A stretch of DNA of 64,000 bases from Sphingomonadales bacterium (GTDB lineage Bacteria > Pseudomonadota > Alphaproteobacteria > Sphingomonadales > Sphingomonadaceae). The number at the start of each line of letters is the position of its first letter. Within the stretch, counting starts at the first letter, position 1. The stretch covers positions 523 through 64,522 of the forward strand of contig JBBQAG010000001.1 in the NCBI GenBank assembly GCA_038315875.1. The letters run 5' to 3'. Positions 1 through 9,069 of the stretch are shown piece after piece. Below the pieces are notes generated by a model. It was not told where the DNA came from. It ran no database searches and worked only from the letters and a program-made list of their open reading frames with translations. The position numbers were made by a program, and so were the translations under genes.

Positions 1-623
1 TTGAAGGGCCGCAAGGATTATACGCTGCCACCTGCAAAATGCCAAAGCCCATGGAGCTCGGCGATGGCTGGCGGATCGAGGAAGTCAGCTTCAAGCCCTG
101 GGGCGCTTGCCGCCACGCTCATCCCGCGATCGACGCGGCACTCGCGCTGCGCGCGCGCGGGACGCTCGAGCTACCCGTGACCGTCGCAACGTTCGCCGAT
201 GCCCTCGCCTTTTGCGACCGCCCCGATCCCAAGACGCCGCAAGAGGCGAAATTCTCGCTGCAACACGCCGTCGCGGTGGTGGTGGCACGTGGCGTGCCGA
301 CGCTTGCGGATTTCGAGCCCGACGCGATTGCGGCACTCGCTGGCGTGCGCGCCGGGGTGCGGGTGATCGAAGACCCGATGATCACCGCGCGCTACCCCGC
401 TCATTTCGGCGCGACCGTCAAGGCCGGGCGCGATCACGAGGCGCTGATCGACACGCTCGGCGATCCCGAACGGCCATTGTCGCGCGACGGGGTGATCGCC
501 AAGGCGCGCGCGCTGTTCGCCTGGGGCGGGCTCGATCCGGCGCTGTCCGAGCGCGCGGCGACGCTCGCACTAGACAGCAACGATGCCGAGGGCGTGGTTG
601 GCTGGCTCGAAGAAATCCTGTGA
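1..623 (+). CDS. MmgE/PrpD family protein, C-terminal part (5' end outside window)
   Basis: Frame is open from nt 3 (EGPQGLYAATCK...), upstream of the ORF-track start. Has MmgE/PrpD motifs EGPQGL, KPWGACRHAH, AKFSLQHAVA and GDPERPLS. Confidence 0.85.
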   Translation, partial: EGPQGLYAATCKMPKPMELGDGWRIEEVSFKPWGACRHAHPAIDAALALRARGTLELPVTVATFADALAFCDRPDPKTPQEAKFSLQHAVAVVVARGVPTLADFEPDAIAALAGVRAGVRVIEDPMITARYPAHFGATVKAGRDHEALIDTLGDPERPLSRDGVIAKARALFAWGGLDPALSERAATLALDSNDAEGVVGWLEEIL

Positions 624-1906
624 ACGCGACTGCCACCCTGCTCGAATTCGTGCGCGCCGAGCATCGGCTACCACAAAGCGTGCGTGTCGATGCCGAACGC
701 CTGCTCGCGGACACGCTCGGGGTTGGCGCAGCAGGCGCGACGGCGCCGGGGGCAGCCGGGGTGCTTGCAGCGGCACAAGGTTGGGGCAATGGCAGTGACG
801 CCCGGTTGATCGGATCACCGGAGCGCCTGCCCGCCCCCGGCGCCGCCTTCGTCAACGCGTTTCGCGTCCACTGCCTCGAATGGGATGCGGTGCATGAGCC
901 CGCGGTTGTCCACGCAATGTCAGTCGTCACGGCAGCCCTTGCCGCGAGTATCGACCGGATGGGCGGCTGCGACCCCGAAGACGCGCTGACCGCGCTGGCG
1001 GTCGGCGTCGATATCGCCTGCGGACTGGGCATTGCGGCCACGTCCCCGCTCACCTTCTTCCGTCCGGCGACCGCCGGGTGCATCGGCGCGGCAATGGCGG
1101 TTGCGCGGATCGAACGACTCGAGCGACCAGCGGATGCCCTTGGCCTCGCTTATTCCTTCTGCGCGGGCACGATGCAGGCGCATGTCGAGGGATCAATCGC
1201 GCTCCCGTTGCAGATCGCCAATGCGGCGCGTTCGGCGATCATGGCGGTCGATCTCGCCAAGGCGGGGCTTAGCGGCCCTTATGACTCGCTCGAAGGCGCC
1301 TTTGGGTATTTCGCCCTGTTCGATCGCGGCGACCTGACAGCCTATGTCGCGCAGATTGGCACGCTTTGGCGGATCAGTGAGATCAGCACCAAGCCCTATC
1401 CATCGGGCCGCGCAAGCCATGCCGCGCTTGGCGTGCTGGCCGACTGGGTGCTCGATCCGACCAAGGTCGACCGGATCGAGGTGATCGCGCCGCCGCTGAT
1501 CCAACGCCTCGTCGGGCGGACAATGCCGCGCAGCATGACCCCGGCCTATGCCAGGCTGTGCCTGCCGCTGCTCGCAGGGATGATGATCGTCGATCGGCGG
1601 ATCGACCCGCGCCGGTTCGTGCCTGCGACGTTTTTCGATCCGGAGATTGCCGATCTGGCGGGGCGCGTATTCGTGACGATCGATGGCAATCCCGATCCCA
1701 ACGCGCTGTCCCCGCAGCGAGTGCGTGCGACGATGAAGGATGGGCGGGTAATCGAACGGGTGGTGCCCGCCACGCTCGGCAGCCCGCAATCGCCGCTCTC
1801 TCCCGAGCAGACAGAGGCAAAGCGCGATCTGGCTCGCGCACTGGCGCCCGAAGCCGATCCGCGGCTGTTCGAATCTCCTCTTGCCTGGTTCACGGAGCCG
1901 CGATGA
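620..1906 (+). CDS. MmgE/PrpD family protein (second paralogue)
   Basis: GTG 620 overlaps the upstream TGA (GTGA). Motifs NAFRVHCLEWDAVH, LEGAFGYF, KPYPSGRASH, LGSPQSPLS. Confidence 0.85.
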   Translation: MNATATLLEFVRAEHRLPQSVRVDAERLLADTLGVGAAGATAPGAAGVLAAAQGWGNGSDARLIGSPERLPAPGAAFVNAFRVHCLEWDAVHEPAVVHAMSVVTAALAASIDRMGGCDPEDALTALAVGVDIACGLGIAATSPLTFFRPATAGCIGAAMAVARIERLERPADALGLAYSFCAGTMQAHVEGSIALPLQIANAARSAIMAVDLAKAGLSGPYDSLEGAFGYFALFDRGDLTAYVAQIGTLWRISEISTKPYPSGRASHAALGVLADWVLDPTKVDRIEVIAPPLIQRLVGRTMPRSMTPAYARLCLPLLAGMMIVDRRIDPRRFVPATFFDPEIADLAGRVFVTIDGNPDPNALSPQRVRATMKDGRVIERVVPATLGSPQSPLSPEQTEAKRDLARALAPEADPRLFESPLAWFTEPR

Positions 1907-3267
1907 CCTTCCCGACCTATTTCGAAGCCTTTGATGCAAAACAGATGCTCGCCGATTATCCCGTCGGCGATGCCTTTATCGCGCGCTATACAGCCATGAG
2001 CCGCGACGAATTGCGCGCCATCCAGGAAGTGCGCTTCGCCACACTGATGAAGCGCGGCTGGGAGATTCCCTTTTATCAACGGCTATGGGGCGAAAAGGGT
2101 ATCGAGCCGGGCGATATTCGCAGCCTCGACGATATCACCAAGCTGCCCGTTTACGACAAGACCGATCTGATGGCCTCAGTCGCGGCGCACCCGCCCTATG
2201 GCGATTTCGGGGGGCGCGGCGGCGATCCGGTGATCTTCCACACCACGAGCGGCACCACCGGGCGCCCGCAACCCCTGCTGTTTGGGCCAAAGGGGCGCGA
2301 GATCACCAACCTGCTCGTCGGCCGGATGTATCGCTGGCAGGGTCTGTCGCCCGAGGACGTCGTGCAGTCGGTCTATGGCCACGGCATGATCAATGGCGGG
2401 CATTACATCCGCGAGGCCGTGACCCACTTCACCAACTCGCTGTTCCTGTCGGCAGGCACGGGAATCGAGACGCGCAGCGCAGCGCAAGTATCGCTGATGG
2501 CCGATTTCAAAGTGACGGTGCTGGTCGGCTTCGTCGATTATATCCGCAAGCTGGCCGATGTCGCGCGCGAGGCGGGGATGATCGACCAGATCAAGATCCG
2601 GATGATCTGCGGCCATCTCGGCACCGAAGACCGCGCCGCGACCGAAGCGGCCTGGGGCGGCGCGAAAGCGTTCGATTGGTACGGCGTTGGCGATACCGGA
2701 TCGATTGCTGGCGAAGGGCCGGAACGCGACGGGCTTTATGTGTGGGAGGACGCGCAATTCCTCGAACTGCTCGATGTCGAGACCGGTGCGCCCGTCCCGC
2801 ACGGTGAAACCGGCGACATGGTCGTCACTTGCCTGTTCAAGGACGATATCGCGCCGTGCATCCGCTTCAACACGCATGACATCACGCATGAACTGAGCGG
2901 CACCAATGCGACGGGCATGGCGTTCAAGCGGATCGCCGGTTTCAAGGGCCGAAGCGACAATATGGTCAAGCTGCGCGGCATCAACGTCTTTCCCCACGCA
3001 ATCGGCGCGATCATCGAGAACCGTGCGGACTTGACCGGCGAATATGTCTGCCGGCTGGTGCGAGATCCAGTGACTCAGCGCGACGACATGCTGGTGATCC
3101 TCGAAAGCCGCGGCGGCAGCGACACAGCGGCTCTCGGCGCGCTGTTGCGGCAGGGGCTCGGCGTCGAGGTATCGATCGCGATTGAACCACCAGGGGGGAC
3201 CGCAGACCTCACCCAGATCGACAGCCGCCAAAAGCCGATCCGGCTGATCGACGAGCGCGGACTGTGA
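1903..3267 (+). CDS. Phenylacetate-CoA ligase (PaaK)-like adenylate-forming enzyme
   Basis: ATG 1903 overlaps the upstream stop (ATGA). P-loop TTSGTTGRP, WYGVGD, IRFNTHD, GRSDNMVKLRGINVFP. Confidence 0.85.
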   Translation: MTFPTYFEAFDAKQMLADYPVGDAFIARYTAMSRDELRAIQEVRFATLMKRGWEIPFYQRLWGEKGIEPGDIRSLDDITKLPVYDKTDLMASVAAHPPYGDFGGRGGDPVIFHTTSGTTGRPQPLLFGPKGREITNLLVGRMYRWQGLSPEDVVQSVYGHGMINGGHYIREAVTHFTNSLFLSAGTGIETRSAAQVSLMADFKVTVLVGFVDYIRKLADVAREAGMIDQIKIRMICGHLGTEDRAATEAAWGGAKAFDWYGVGDTGSIAGEGPERDGLYVWEDAQFLELLDVETGAPVPHGETGDMVVTCLFKDDIAPCIRFNTHDITHELSGTNATGMAFKRIAGFKGRSDNMVKLRGINVFPHAIGAIIENRADLTGEYVCRLVRDPVTQRDDMLVILESRGGSDTAALGALLRQGLGVEVSIAIEPPGGTADLTQIDSRQKPIRLIDERGL

Positions 3268-3274
3268 TCGCCGG

Positions 3275-4441
3275 ATGATCGATTGGACCGATCTTGAAGC
3301 GCGTAACGCCCCCCTCAACGCCTTTGTCGATTGTGATCGCGGCGCGACGGCTGGCGAAGGACCGCTGGCGGGTGTGACGATCGGCATCAAATCCAACATC
3401 GCCGTCAAAGGCCTGCCCTGGACCGCGGGCATGGGCACGCGGCGCAGCGTGATCGCCGAGCGCGATGCCGCCGTCGTGGCGCAATTGCGCGCGGCGGGCG
3501 CGATCATCCTCGGCACGCTCAACATGCACGAGGCAGCGCTCGGCGCGACGAACGACAACGCATTCTACGGCCGCACGCACAATCCGCACCGGCATGACTA
3601 CACGCCTGGTGGTTCCTCGGGCGGCAGCGGGGCTGCGGTGGCGGCAAGCTTGTGCGACGTAGCGCTGGGCACCGATACCCTTGGCTCGGTACGAATTCCG
3701 GCGGCCTATTGCGGCGTCTGGGGACTGAAGCCAACGCTCGGCGCGGTGAGCGACGACGGGCTGGTGCATCTGGGCACGGCCTATGACTGTATCGGCCCGC
3801 TCGCACGCGACCTCGACTTGCTGGCGCGGGCGTGGGCGGTGATGGCGCCGGGGCAATCGGAGACGCCGTTCGCCCGGCAATTGATGCTTCGGAATCTTGG
3901 CGACATCGTAATCGAATCAGCGGTCCGAAGGGGCTTTGAGCGGGTCATGGCCGCGATCGACTTGCCCAATGCCAGCTTCGCACTGCCCGATCCACTGCCT
4001 GCAATCCGCATGGCCGGCCTGATCGATTCGGTCCACGAACTGATCGGCGATCTCGGCGAGGCGCGGCATGGCGATGGCGTGTCCGACGAGCTGAAATTCG
4101 TGATGAGCGCGGTTGGCTCGCTCGCCCCGACGCCCGATGTGGTCACGCGCACACGCACCGCGCTGGTCGACGCGCTTGGCGATGACGGCGTGCTCGTGAT
4201 GCCGACCGCACCGCAAGCAGCCTTCGCGCACGGCCAGCGCGCGCCCGTTACTCAGGCCGATTTCACCGCGATTGCCAGCGTTGCAGGCCTGCCCGCGCTG
4301 TCGATTCCGGCGGGCTTCGACGGCAACCGGCTCCCTGTCGGCGCGCAAATCGTCGGCCCGGCGGGCAGCGAGACGCGACTCATCGCGCTCGCCCGCCAGA
4401 TCGAGGCCAACATCCAAGCCTACGCGCCACCCTCACGCTGA
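3275..4441 (+). CDS. Amidase signature family enzyme
   Basis: IGIKSN (Lys), GGSSGGS and GTDTLGSVRIPAAYCG give the Ser-cisSer-Lys triad motifs. Confidence 0.9.
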   Translation: MIDWTDLEARNAPLNAFVDCDRGATAGEGPLAGVTIGIKSNIAVKGLPWTAGMGTRRSVIAERDAAVVAQLRAAGAIILGTLNMHEAALGATNDNAFYGRTHNPHRHDYTPGGSSGGSGAAVAASLCDVALGTDTLGSVRIPAAYCGVWGLKPTLGAVSDDGLVHLGTAYDCIGPLARDLDLLARAWAVMAPGQSETPFARQLMLRNLGDIVIESAVRRGFERVMAAIDLPNASFALPDPLPAIRMAGLIDSVHELIGDLGEARHGDGVSDELKFVMSAVGSLAPTPDVVTRTRTALVDALGDDGVLVMPTAPQAAFAHGQRAPVTQADFTAIASVAGLPALSIPAGFDGNRLPVGAQIVGPAGSETRLIALARQIEANIQAYAPPSR

Positions 4442-4457
4442 CCCCAGGAGAAAACCA

Positions 4458-4766
4458 ATGCGCATCATTGTGTTGTTCAATCTGAAGCCCGACACTGCGG
4501 TCGCCGACTATGAAGCATGGGCGCGCGGCACCGATATCCCCGGCGTCCGTTCGCTCAAATCGGTCAGCGATTTCCAGATCTATCGCACCACCGGCCTGCT
4601 TGGCGGCGATACGCCTGCCCCCTATTCGCATGCCGAGATCATCGACGTGGCTGATATGGACCTGTTCTGGCAGGAGGTCGTCCAGCCGGGCCCGCAAAAG
4701 GTCGCGGGCGAATTCCGCGCATTCCTCGCAGGGGAACCCTTGTTCATCACCACCGAGGCGCTGTGA
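4458..4766 (+). CDS. HapK/RedY-like small protein (dimeric alpha+beta barrel type)
   Basis: SD AGGAG then ATG 4458; 102 aa MRIIVLFNLKP...YEAWARGTDIPGVRSL...EIIDV resembles REDY-like HapK proteins (from recall). Confidence 0.7.
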   Translation: MRIIVLFNLKPDTAVADYEAWARGTDIPGVRSLKSVSDFQIYRTTGLLGGDTPAPYSHAEIIDVADMDLFWQEVVQPGPQKVAGEFRAFLAGEPLFITTEAL

Positions 4767-5560
4767 TGCGCTTTGCCGGCAAGACGATCGTGGTGACTGG
4801 ATCGGGGCGCGAGAAGGGGCTCGGCCAAGCGATCCTGCAGCGCTTCGCCGATGAAGGCGCGAATTGCGTGGTGAGCGACCGCGAGATTGGCGATGAAGCA
4901 CAGGCCGTGGCAAAGGAGTTGAGCGACCGGGGCGCCGCCGTTGCAACGATCGCCTGCGATGTTTCCGCGGCCGCGCAGTGCCAGGCGCTGGTGAAGAGCG
5001 CGGTCGGAGCGTTTGGCGGCATCGATATCTTCGTCAACAATGCCGGCATCGGCTTCATGATGAAGCCGTTCCTGGACGTCGAACCAGCGGACTGGGACAA
5101 GGTGATCGCGGTCAATCTGTCGGGCGCCTTTTACTGCACACAGGCGGCCGCCAAGGCGATGATCGCCGGCGGCCGCGGCGGGCGGATCATCAATATCGCC
5201 AGCCAGGCCGCCAAGACGGGGTTCCCGCATCTGCCGGCCTATGTGAGCTCGAAGCACGGCATGATTGGCCTGACCCGCGCCTCGGCGGTCGAACTCGGCG
5301 CGCACGGCATCACCGTCAACGCGGTTTGCCCCAATCATGTCACGACTGGCCTCGGCGCTGAACAAAACGCCTATTTCTCCAAACTGCTCGGCTTTGACAG
5401 CATCGACGCCTATTTGAAAAACATGGCCGCCAAGAACCCGATGGGCCGCCCCGGCCTCGCCAGTGACACCGCCGCCGCCTGCGCCTGGCTCGCCAGCGAA
5501 GATGCCGTTTACGTGACCGGCGAGGCAATCAATGTGAGCGGCGGCGAGGAAATGCATTAG
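4766..5560 (+). CDS. Classical short-chain dehydrogenase/reductase (SDR)
   Basis: TGSGREKGLG, NNAG, NIAS, YVSSK (YxxxK), VNAVCPNHV. Confidence 0.92.
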   Translation: MRFAGKTIVVTGSGREKGLGQAILQRFADEGANCVVSDREIGDEAQAVAKELSDRGAAVATIACDVSAAAQCQALVKSAVGAFGGIDIFVNNAGIGFMMKPFLDVEPADWDKVIAVNLSGAFYCTQAAAKAMIAGGRGGRIINIASQAAKTGFPHLPAYVSSKHGMIGLTRASAVELGAHGITVNAVCPNHVTTGLGAEQNAYFSKLLGFDSIDAYLKNMAAKNPMGRPGLASDTAAACAWLASEDAVYVTGEAINVSGGEEMH

Positions 5561-5585
5561 CCAATGTTTGACCACGCCAAACCAC

Positions 5586-5668
5586 CCGTCGCCCCGGGCT
5601 TGACCCGGGGTCCCGCTTCTGCCGCGACCGAGGATGAGCGGGACCCCGGGTCAAGCCCGGGGTGACGG
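5586..5668. repeat. REP-like inverted repeat: 32-bp arms, 19-nt loop
   Basis: 5586-5617 CCGTCGCCCCGGGCTTGACCCGGGGTCCCGCT is the reverse complement of 5637-5668 except for one G.T wobble. Each arm contains CCCCGGG-N5-CCCGGGG. Confidence 0.9.
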
Positions 5669-5749
5669 TAAGGTAGGTGGGTTTGACCGCCAGCAGCGAT
5701 GGGTCTCCCTCTCCCCTGCGAGTAGGGACAAGGGAAAAGGAACGATGGG

Positions 5750-6616
5750 GTGAAGGAAGAACGCATCGACTGGCCGAACGGCGCGAAGATCGCGCTGAGC
5801 ATCGTCGTCAACGTCGAGGAAGGCAGCGAGATGAGCGTCGCGCGCGGCGACCGCGGGATGGAGCCCGTCGACGAGCTCGGCATCCATATCAAATCGCCGA
5901 TCCGCAACTACGGCAATGAGAGCAACTATCTTTACGGCATCAAGGCAGGCGCGCCGCGGATCGTGAAGCTGTTGCGCGCCTACGATATCAACGCGAGCTG
6001 GACGGTTGCCGCGCTCAGCCTCGAAAACCACCCCGAGATCGCTGCCGCGATCCGCGATCTGGGGCACGAACCCGTCAGCCATGGCTATCGCTGGGTGCAT
6101 CAATTCAAGATGGACGAAGCCGCCGAGCGTGATTTCATCGCCAAGGCCGTCAGCTCGATCGAGGCAAGCACCGGCACCCGCCCCCATGGCTGGCTCAGTC
6201 GCTATTTCCATACGGAGAATACCCGCCGACTGCTGATCGAGGCGGGCTTCGCCTATCATATGGACGATTATTCGGGCGACGTGCCCTATTGGGACCGCAC
6301 CACCGTGCCCGGCAAGCCGATCGCCATCGTGCCCTACCAGCTCGACGATAACGACATGAAGATGTGGACCGACCCCGCCTATACGCCTGCCGCCTGGTTC
6401 GATTATGCGCGGCGCTGCTTCGATCAGCTGTACCGCGAGGGCGCCGAGGGCAACCCGAAGATGATGTCGCTTGGGCTCCATCTCCGCATCATTGGCCGGC
6501 CGGGGCGCATCTGGGCGTTCGAGGAGTTCTTGAAACACGTCCGCGCGCACGATGGCGTGTGGGTCGCCACACGACACGAAATCGCGCAGCATCTGGCGAC
6601 GGTGGAGCCAGCGTGA
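5750..6616 (+). CDS. Polysaccharide deacetylase (NodB/CE4) family, PuuE/allantoinase-like
   Basis: WPNGAKIALSIVVNVEEG, HEPVSHGYRW, YHMDDY, MMSLGLHLRIIGRPGR, VWVATRHEIA. Confidence 0.85.
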   Translation: MKEERIDWPNGAKIALSIVVNVEEGSEMSVARGDRGMEPVDELGIHIKSPIRNYGNESNYLYGIKAGAPRIVKLLRAYDINASWTVAALSLENHPEIAAAIRDLGHEPVSHGYRWVHQFKMDEAAERDFIAKAVSSIEASTGTRPHGWLSRYFHTENTRRLLIEAGFAYHMDDYSGDVPYWDRTTVPGKPIAIVPYQLDDNDMKMWTDPAYTPAAWFDYARRCFDQLYREGAEGNPKMMSLGLHLRIIGRPGRIWAFEEFLKHVRAHDGVWVATRHEIAQHLATVEPA

Positions 6617-7365
6617 CGCTGCGCCTCGAAACCGACGGCGCCATCGCGCATCTGATCATCGATCGCGCGGCCAAGCGCAACGCGATCACCCAGGCGATGT
6701 GGGAGCAATTCCCCAGCCTGATCGCCGCCGCCATGGCCGATGAAGCGGTGCGCGTCCTGATCCTGCGTGCCGCCGGGCCGGGCGCCTTCTCGGCGGGTGC
6801 CGATATCGCCGAATTCAGCGTCGGCGCCCGCGACCCTGCGTGGCGCGCGGCCAACCAAGCCGCACTCGCAGGCGCCCAGATCGCGCTGACACGCGCGCCA
6901 AAGCCCGTCATCGCCCTTATCGAGGGCGATTGCATAGGTGGTGGCTGCGGCCTGGCGCTCGCCTGCGACCTGCGCGTCGCCACCGCCAACGCCCGCTTCG
7001 GCATTACGCCCGGCAAGCTGGGCCTCGTCTATTCGCTCCACGATACCAAGCTGCTCGTTGATGCCGTTGGCCCGTCCCAGGCCAAGCGGATTCTGTTCAC
7101 CGCTGCCCTGATCGATTCGGTCGAAGCACAGCGTATCGGCCTGGTCGATCTGCTGGATGAAGACCCGATCGCGCTCGCCGAAACGATCGCTGCCAATTCG
7201 CCGCACACCGCGCGGCAAGCCAAGGCGATGGTGCGACGTATCCTGGACGGCCAGGCGCATGACGATGCCGAGACCAACGCGCTGTTCGCCGAGGCATTCA
7301 CGCTGCCCGATTTCGAGGAAGGCGTTGGCGCCTTCCTCGCCAAGCGAAAGCCGGTGTTCAAATGA
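6613..7365 (+). CDS. Enoyl-CoA hydratase/isomerase (crotonase) family
   Basis: GTG 6613 overlaps the upstream stop. FSAGADIAEF, KPVIALIEGDCIGGG, ACDLRVA, EGVGAFLAKRKPVF. Confidence 0.9.
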   Translation: MTLRLETDGAIAHLIIDRAAKRNAITQAMWEQFPSLIAAAMADEAVRVLILRAAGPGAFSAGADIAEFSVGARDPAWRAANQAALAGAQIALTRAPKPVIALIEGDCIGGGCGLALACDLRVATANARFGITPGKLGLVYSLHDTKLLVDAVGPSQAKRILFTAALIDSVEAQRIGLVDLLDEDPIALAETIAANSPHTARQAKAMVRRILDGQAHDDAETNALFAEAFTLPDFEEGVGAFLAKRKPVFK

Positions 7366-8270
7366 GCGACTTTGTCACCCATGGGCGGATCATCGGCGGA
7401 TTGGCGACGGTGCCCGATCTTGAGGCGAGCCTCGCCGATTACCGCGATCGATTGGGGTTGAAGGTGATCGAGCACGGCCCCCTGCCCGACGATCTTGCTG
7501 CGAGCTGGGGGTGTCCCGCCAATGCCGGCGCGCGCTTTGCCAGACTCGCCCCGATCAGCGGCGCGCCGTGCAGCATGCGGCTGGTCGAACAGCCACTCGA
7601 TCGCGATTTCGTGCCCACGCGGAGCTATGGCTGGGCGGCGTTCGAGATCACCGTGCAGGATGTATTCGGCTGGCCCGAAAAGCTTGACGGCAGCGGCTTC
7701 GACATCGTTGGCCCGCCGAAGGAAATTCCCGGCCTTCCCTATTTCGTCGCGATGCAGATGCTCGGACGCGGGCGCGAGATGATCTATCTGAACGAGGTCC
7801 GCGAAAATACGCCAACCTCCGATCTGCCCCCTGCGGCATCACCCGTCGATCATCTGTTCATCGTCATCCTCGCGAGCCCGGACCGCGCGGCGACGATGGC
7901 CTGGTATCACGACACGCTGGGGCTGGAGGAAGGCGGTAGCTACACAATCCCCTATTCGATGATCAACAAGGCGTTTGGCTTGCCCGACGGCCACCTGACC
8001 TCGCTGAGCATGGCGCAGAAAGGGCGGATGCCGATCGTCGAGATCGACGATTATCCGGACGTGGCAACCCCGCGCAGGCGGTCAGCCGGCTTGCTACCCC
8101 CGGGCAATGCGCTGGTGACGCTGGCGGTCGACACGCTCGATCTGCCTGGGCTCGATTTCATCACCCCGCCGGCGCTGCGCGACGGTCCCTTCTATGCGTT
8201 GCGCCGCGCCGCGACGGTGATCGGCCCGGCTGGCGAGTTACTGGAACTGGTGGAGATTGATCACCAGTAG
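7362..8270 (+). CDS. VOC/glyoxalase family protein (multi-module)
   Basis: Repeated VOC modules: VPDLEASLADYRDRLGL, SPDRAATMAWYHDTLGL, IGPAGELLELVE. Start overlaps the upstream stop (ATGA). Confidence 0.75.
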   Translation: MSDFVTHGRIIGGLATVPDLEASLADYRDRLGLKVIEHGPLPDDLAASWGCPANAGARFARLAPISGAPCSMRLVEQPLDRDFVPTRSYGWAAFEITVQDVFGWPEKLDGSGFDIVGPPKEIPGLPYFVAMQMLGRGREMIYLNEVRENTPTSDLPPAASPVDHLFIVILASPDRAATMAWYHDTLGLEEGGSYTIPYSMINKAFGLPDGHLTSLSMAQKGRMPIVEIDDYPDVATPRRRSAGLLPPGNALVTLAVDTLDLPGLDFITPPALRDGPFYALRRAATVIGPAGELLELVEIDHQ

Positions 8271-8331
8271 CGACCGACTGACCGATCCCGTGACGAGGCC
8301 ATTTTCATCACCATTGCGAGCGCAGCGAAGT

Positions 8332-9045
8332 TCATCGGTCGCGAGGCGCCTGGTCCTTCAGTCGTGCCGCCGCTGCCATGGTTCGCGCATCGCGATCCGG
8401 CGAAAGCGCTGCTACCCGTTTGCGATAAAGTGCCACCGCATCGGCCCCCGCGCGTTCGGGTGAGCCACTATCGAAGGGCGGCGCGGGATCATATTCGAGG
8501 CTTAGTTGCACCATCCGGGCATGCGCCTCACCCCGGATTCGCGCGGTCAGCGCCAGTGCGAAATCGATGCCCGCCGTCACGCCGCCGCCCGTTACGCGAT
8601 TGCGATCGAAGACGTAGCGCGCTTGCTCGGGGATTGCGCCGAATGCAGCCAGATGCTCATGCTGCGCCCAGTGGCAGGTCGCACGATATCCCGTCAGCAA
8701 TCCGGCGGCGGCGAGCAGGATCGATCCAGTGCACACACTCGTTACCCACTCGGCGCCGGCAGCGGTCTTGCGCAACCATGCCAGCGTCGCATCGTCCTCC
8801 ATTGCCGCTGTCACGCCAAATCCGCCCGGCACGCACAGGATATCGGGCTGGGCGGCGGTGGCGAAGCTCGCGGTAGGATGAAGCGGGAAGCCGGCATCGG
8901 TCGGCACGGGACCCATCGTCTTGGCGACAAGATCGATCGTCATATTGCCGAGCCGCGACAGCACCTGTGCAGGACCGGTGAGATCGAGCTGGGTAACATC
9001 GGGAAACAGCAGAAACGCAACGCGGATCGGACTCAGTTCGGGCAT
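8332..9045 (-). CDS. DJ-1/PfpI family protein, isonitrile hydratase (InhA)-like
   Basis: FLLFPDVTQLDLTGP (Asp21), VPGG, SVCTG (Cys105), ATCHW, GGGVTAGIDFAL, VQLSLEYDPAPPFDSGSP. The 84-residue Asp-Cys spacing equals InhA Asp17/Cys101. SD GGAGG at 9055-9051. Confidence 0.88.
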   Translation of the reverse strand: MPELSPIRVAFLLFPDVTQLDLTGPAQVLSRLGNMTIDLVAKTMGPVPTDAGFPLHPTASFATAAQPDILCVPGGFGVTAAMEDDATLAWLRKTAAGAEWVTSVCTGSILLAAAGLLTGYRATCHWAQHEHLAAFGAIPEQARYVFDRNRVTGGGVTAGIDFALALTARIRGEAHARMVQLSLEYDPAPPFDSGSPERAGADAVALYRKRVAALSPDRDARTMAAAARLKDQAPRDR

Positions 9046-9069
9046 ATCGACCTCCAGCTATTCGAGGGA

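Noticed and set aside
107-619. Arg-rich N-terminal extension of ORF 107-1906
   Set aside because: It overlaps the real upstream MmgE/PrpD gene in another frame; family similarity starts at GTG 620.
1-3267. Calling these genes prpD and paaK
   Set aside because: No prpB/prpC/acnD or paaABCDE in the window and motifs are divergent, so only family-level calls are justified.
4458-9045. Prodiginine or isonitrile biosynthetic cluster
   Set aside because: No PKS, NRPS, carrier protein or isonitrile synthase is visible.
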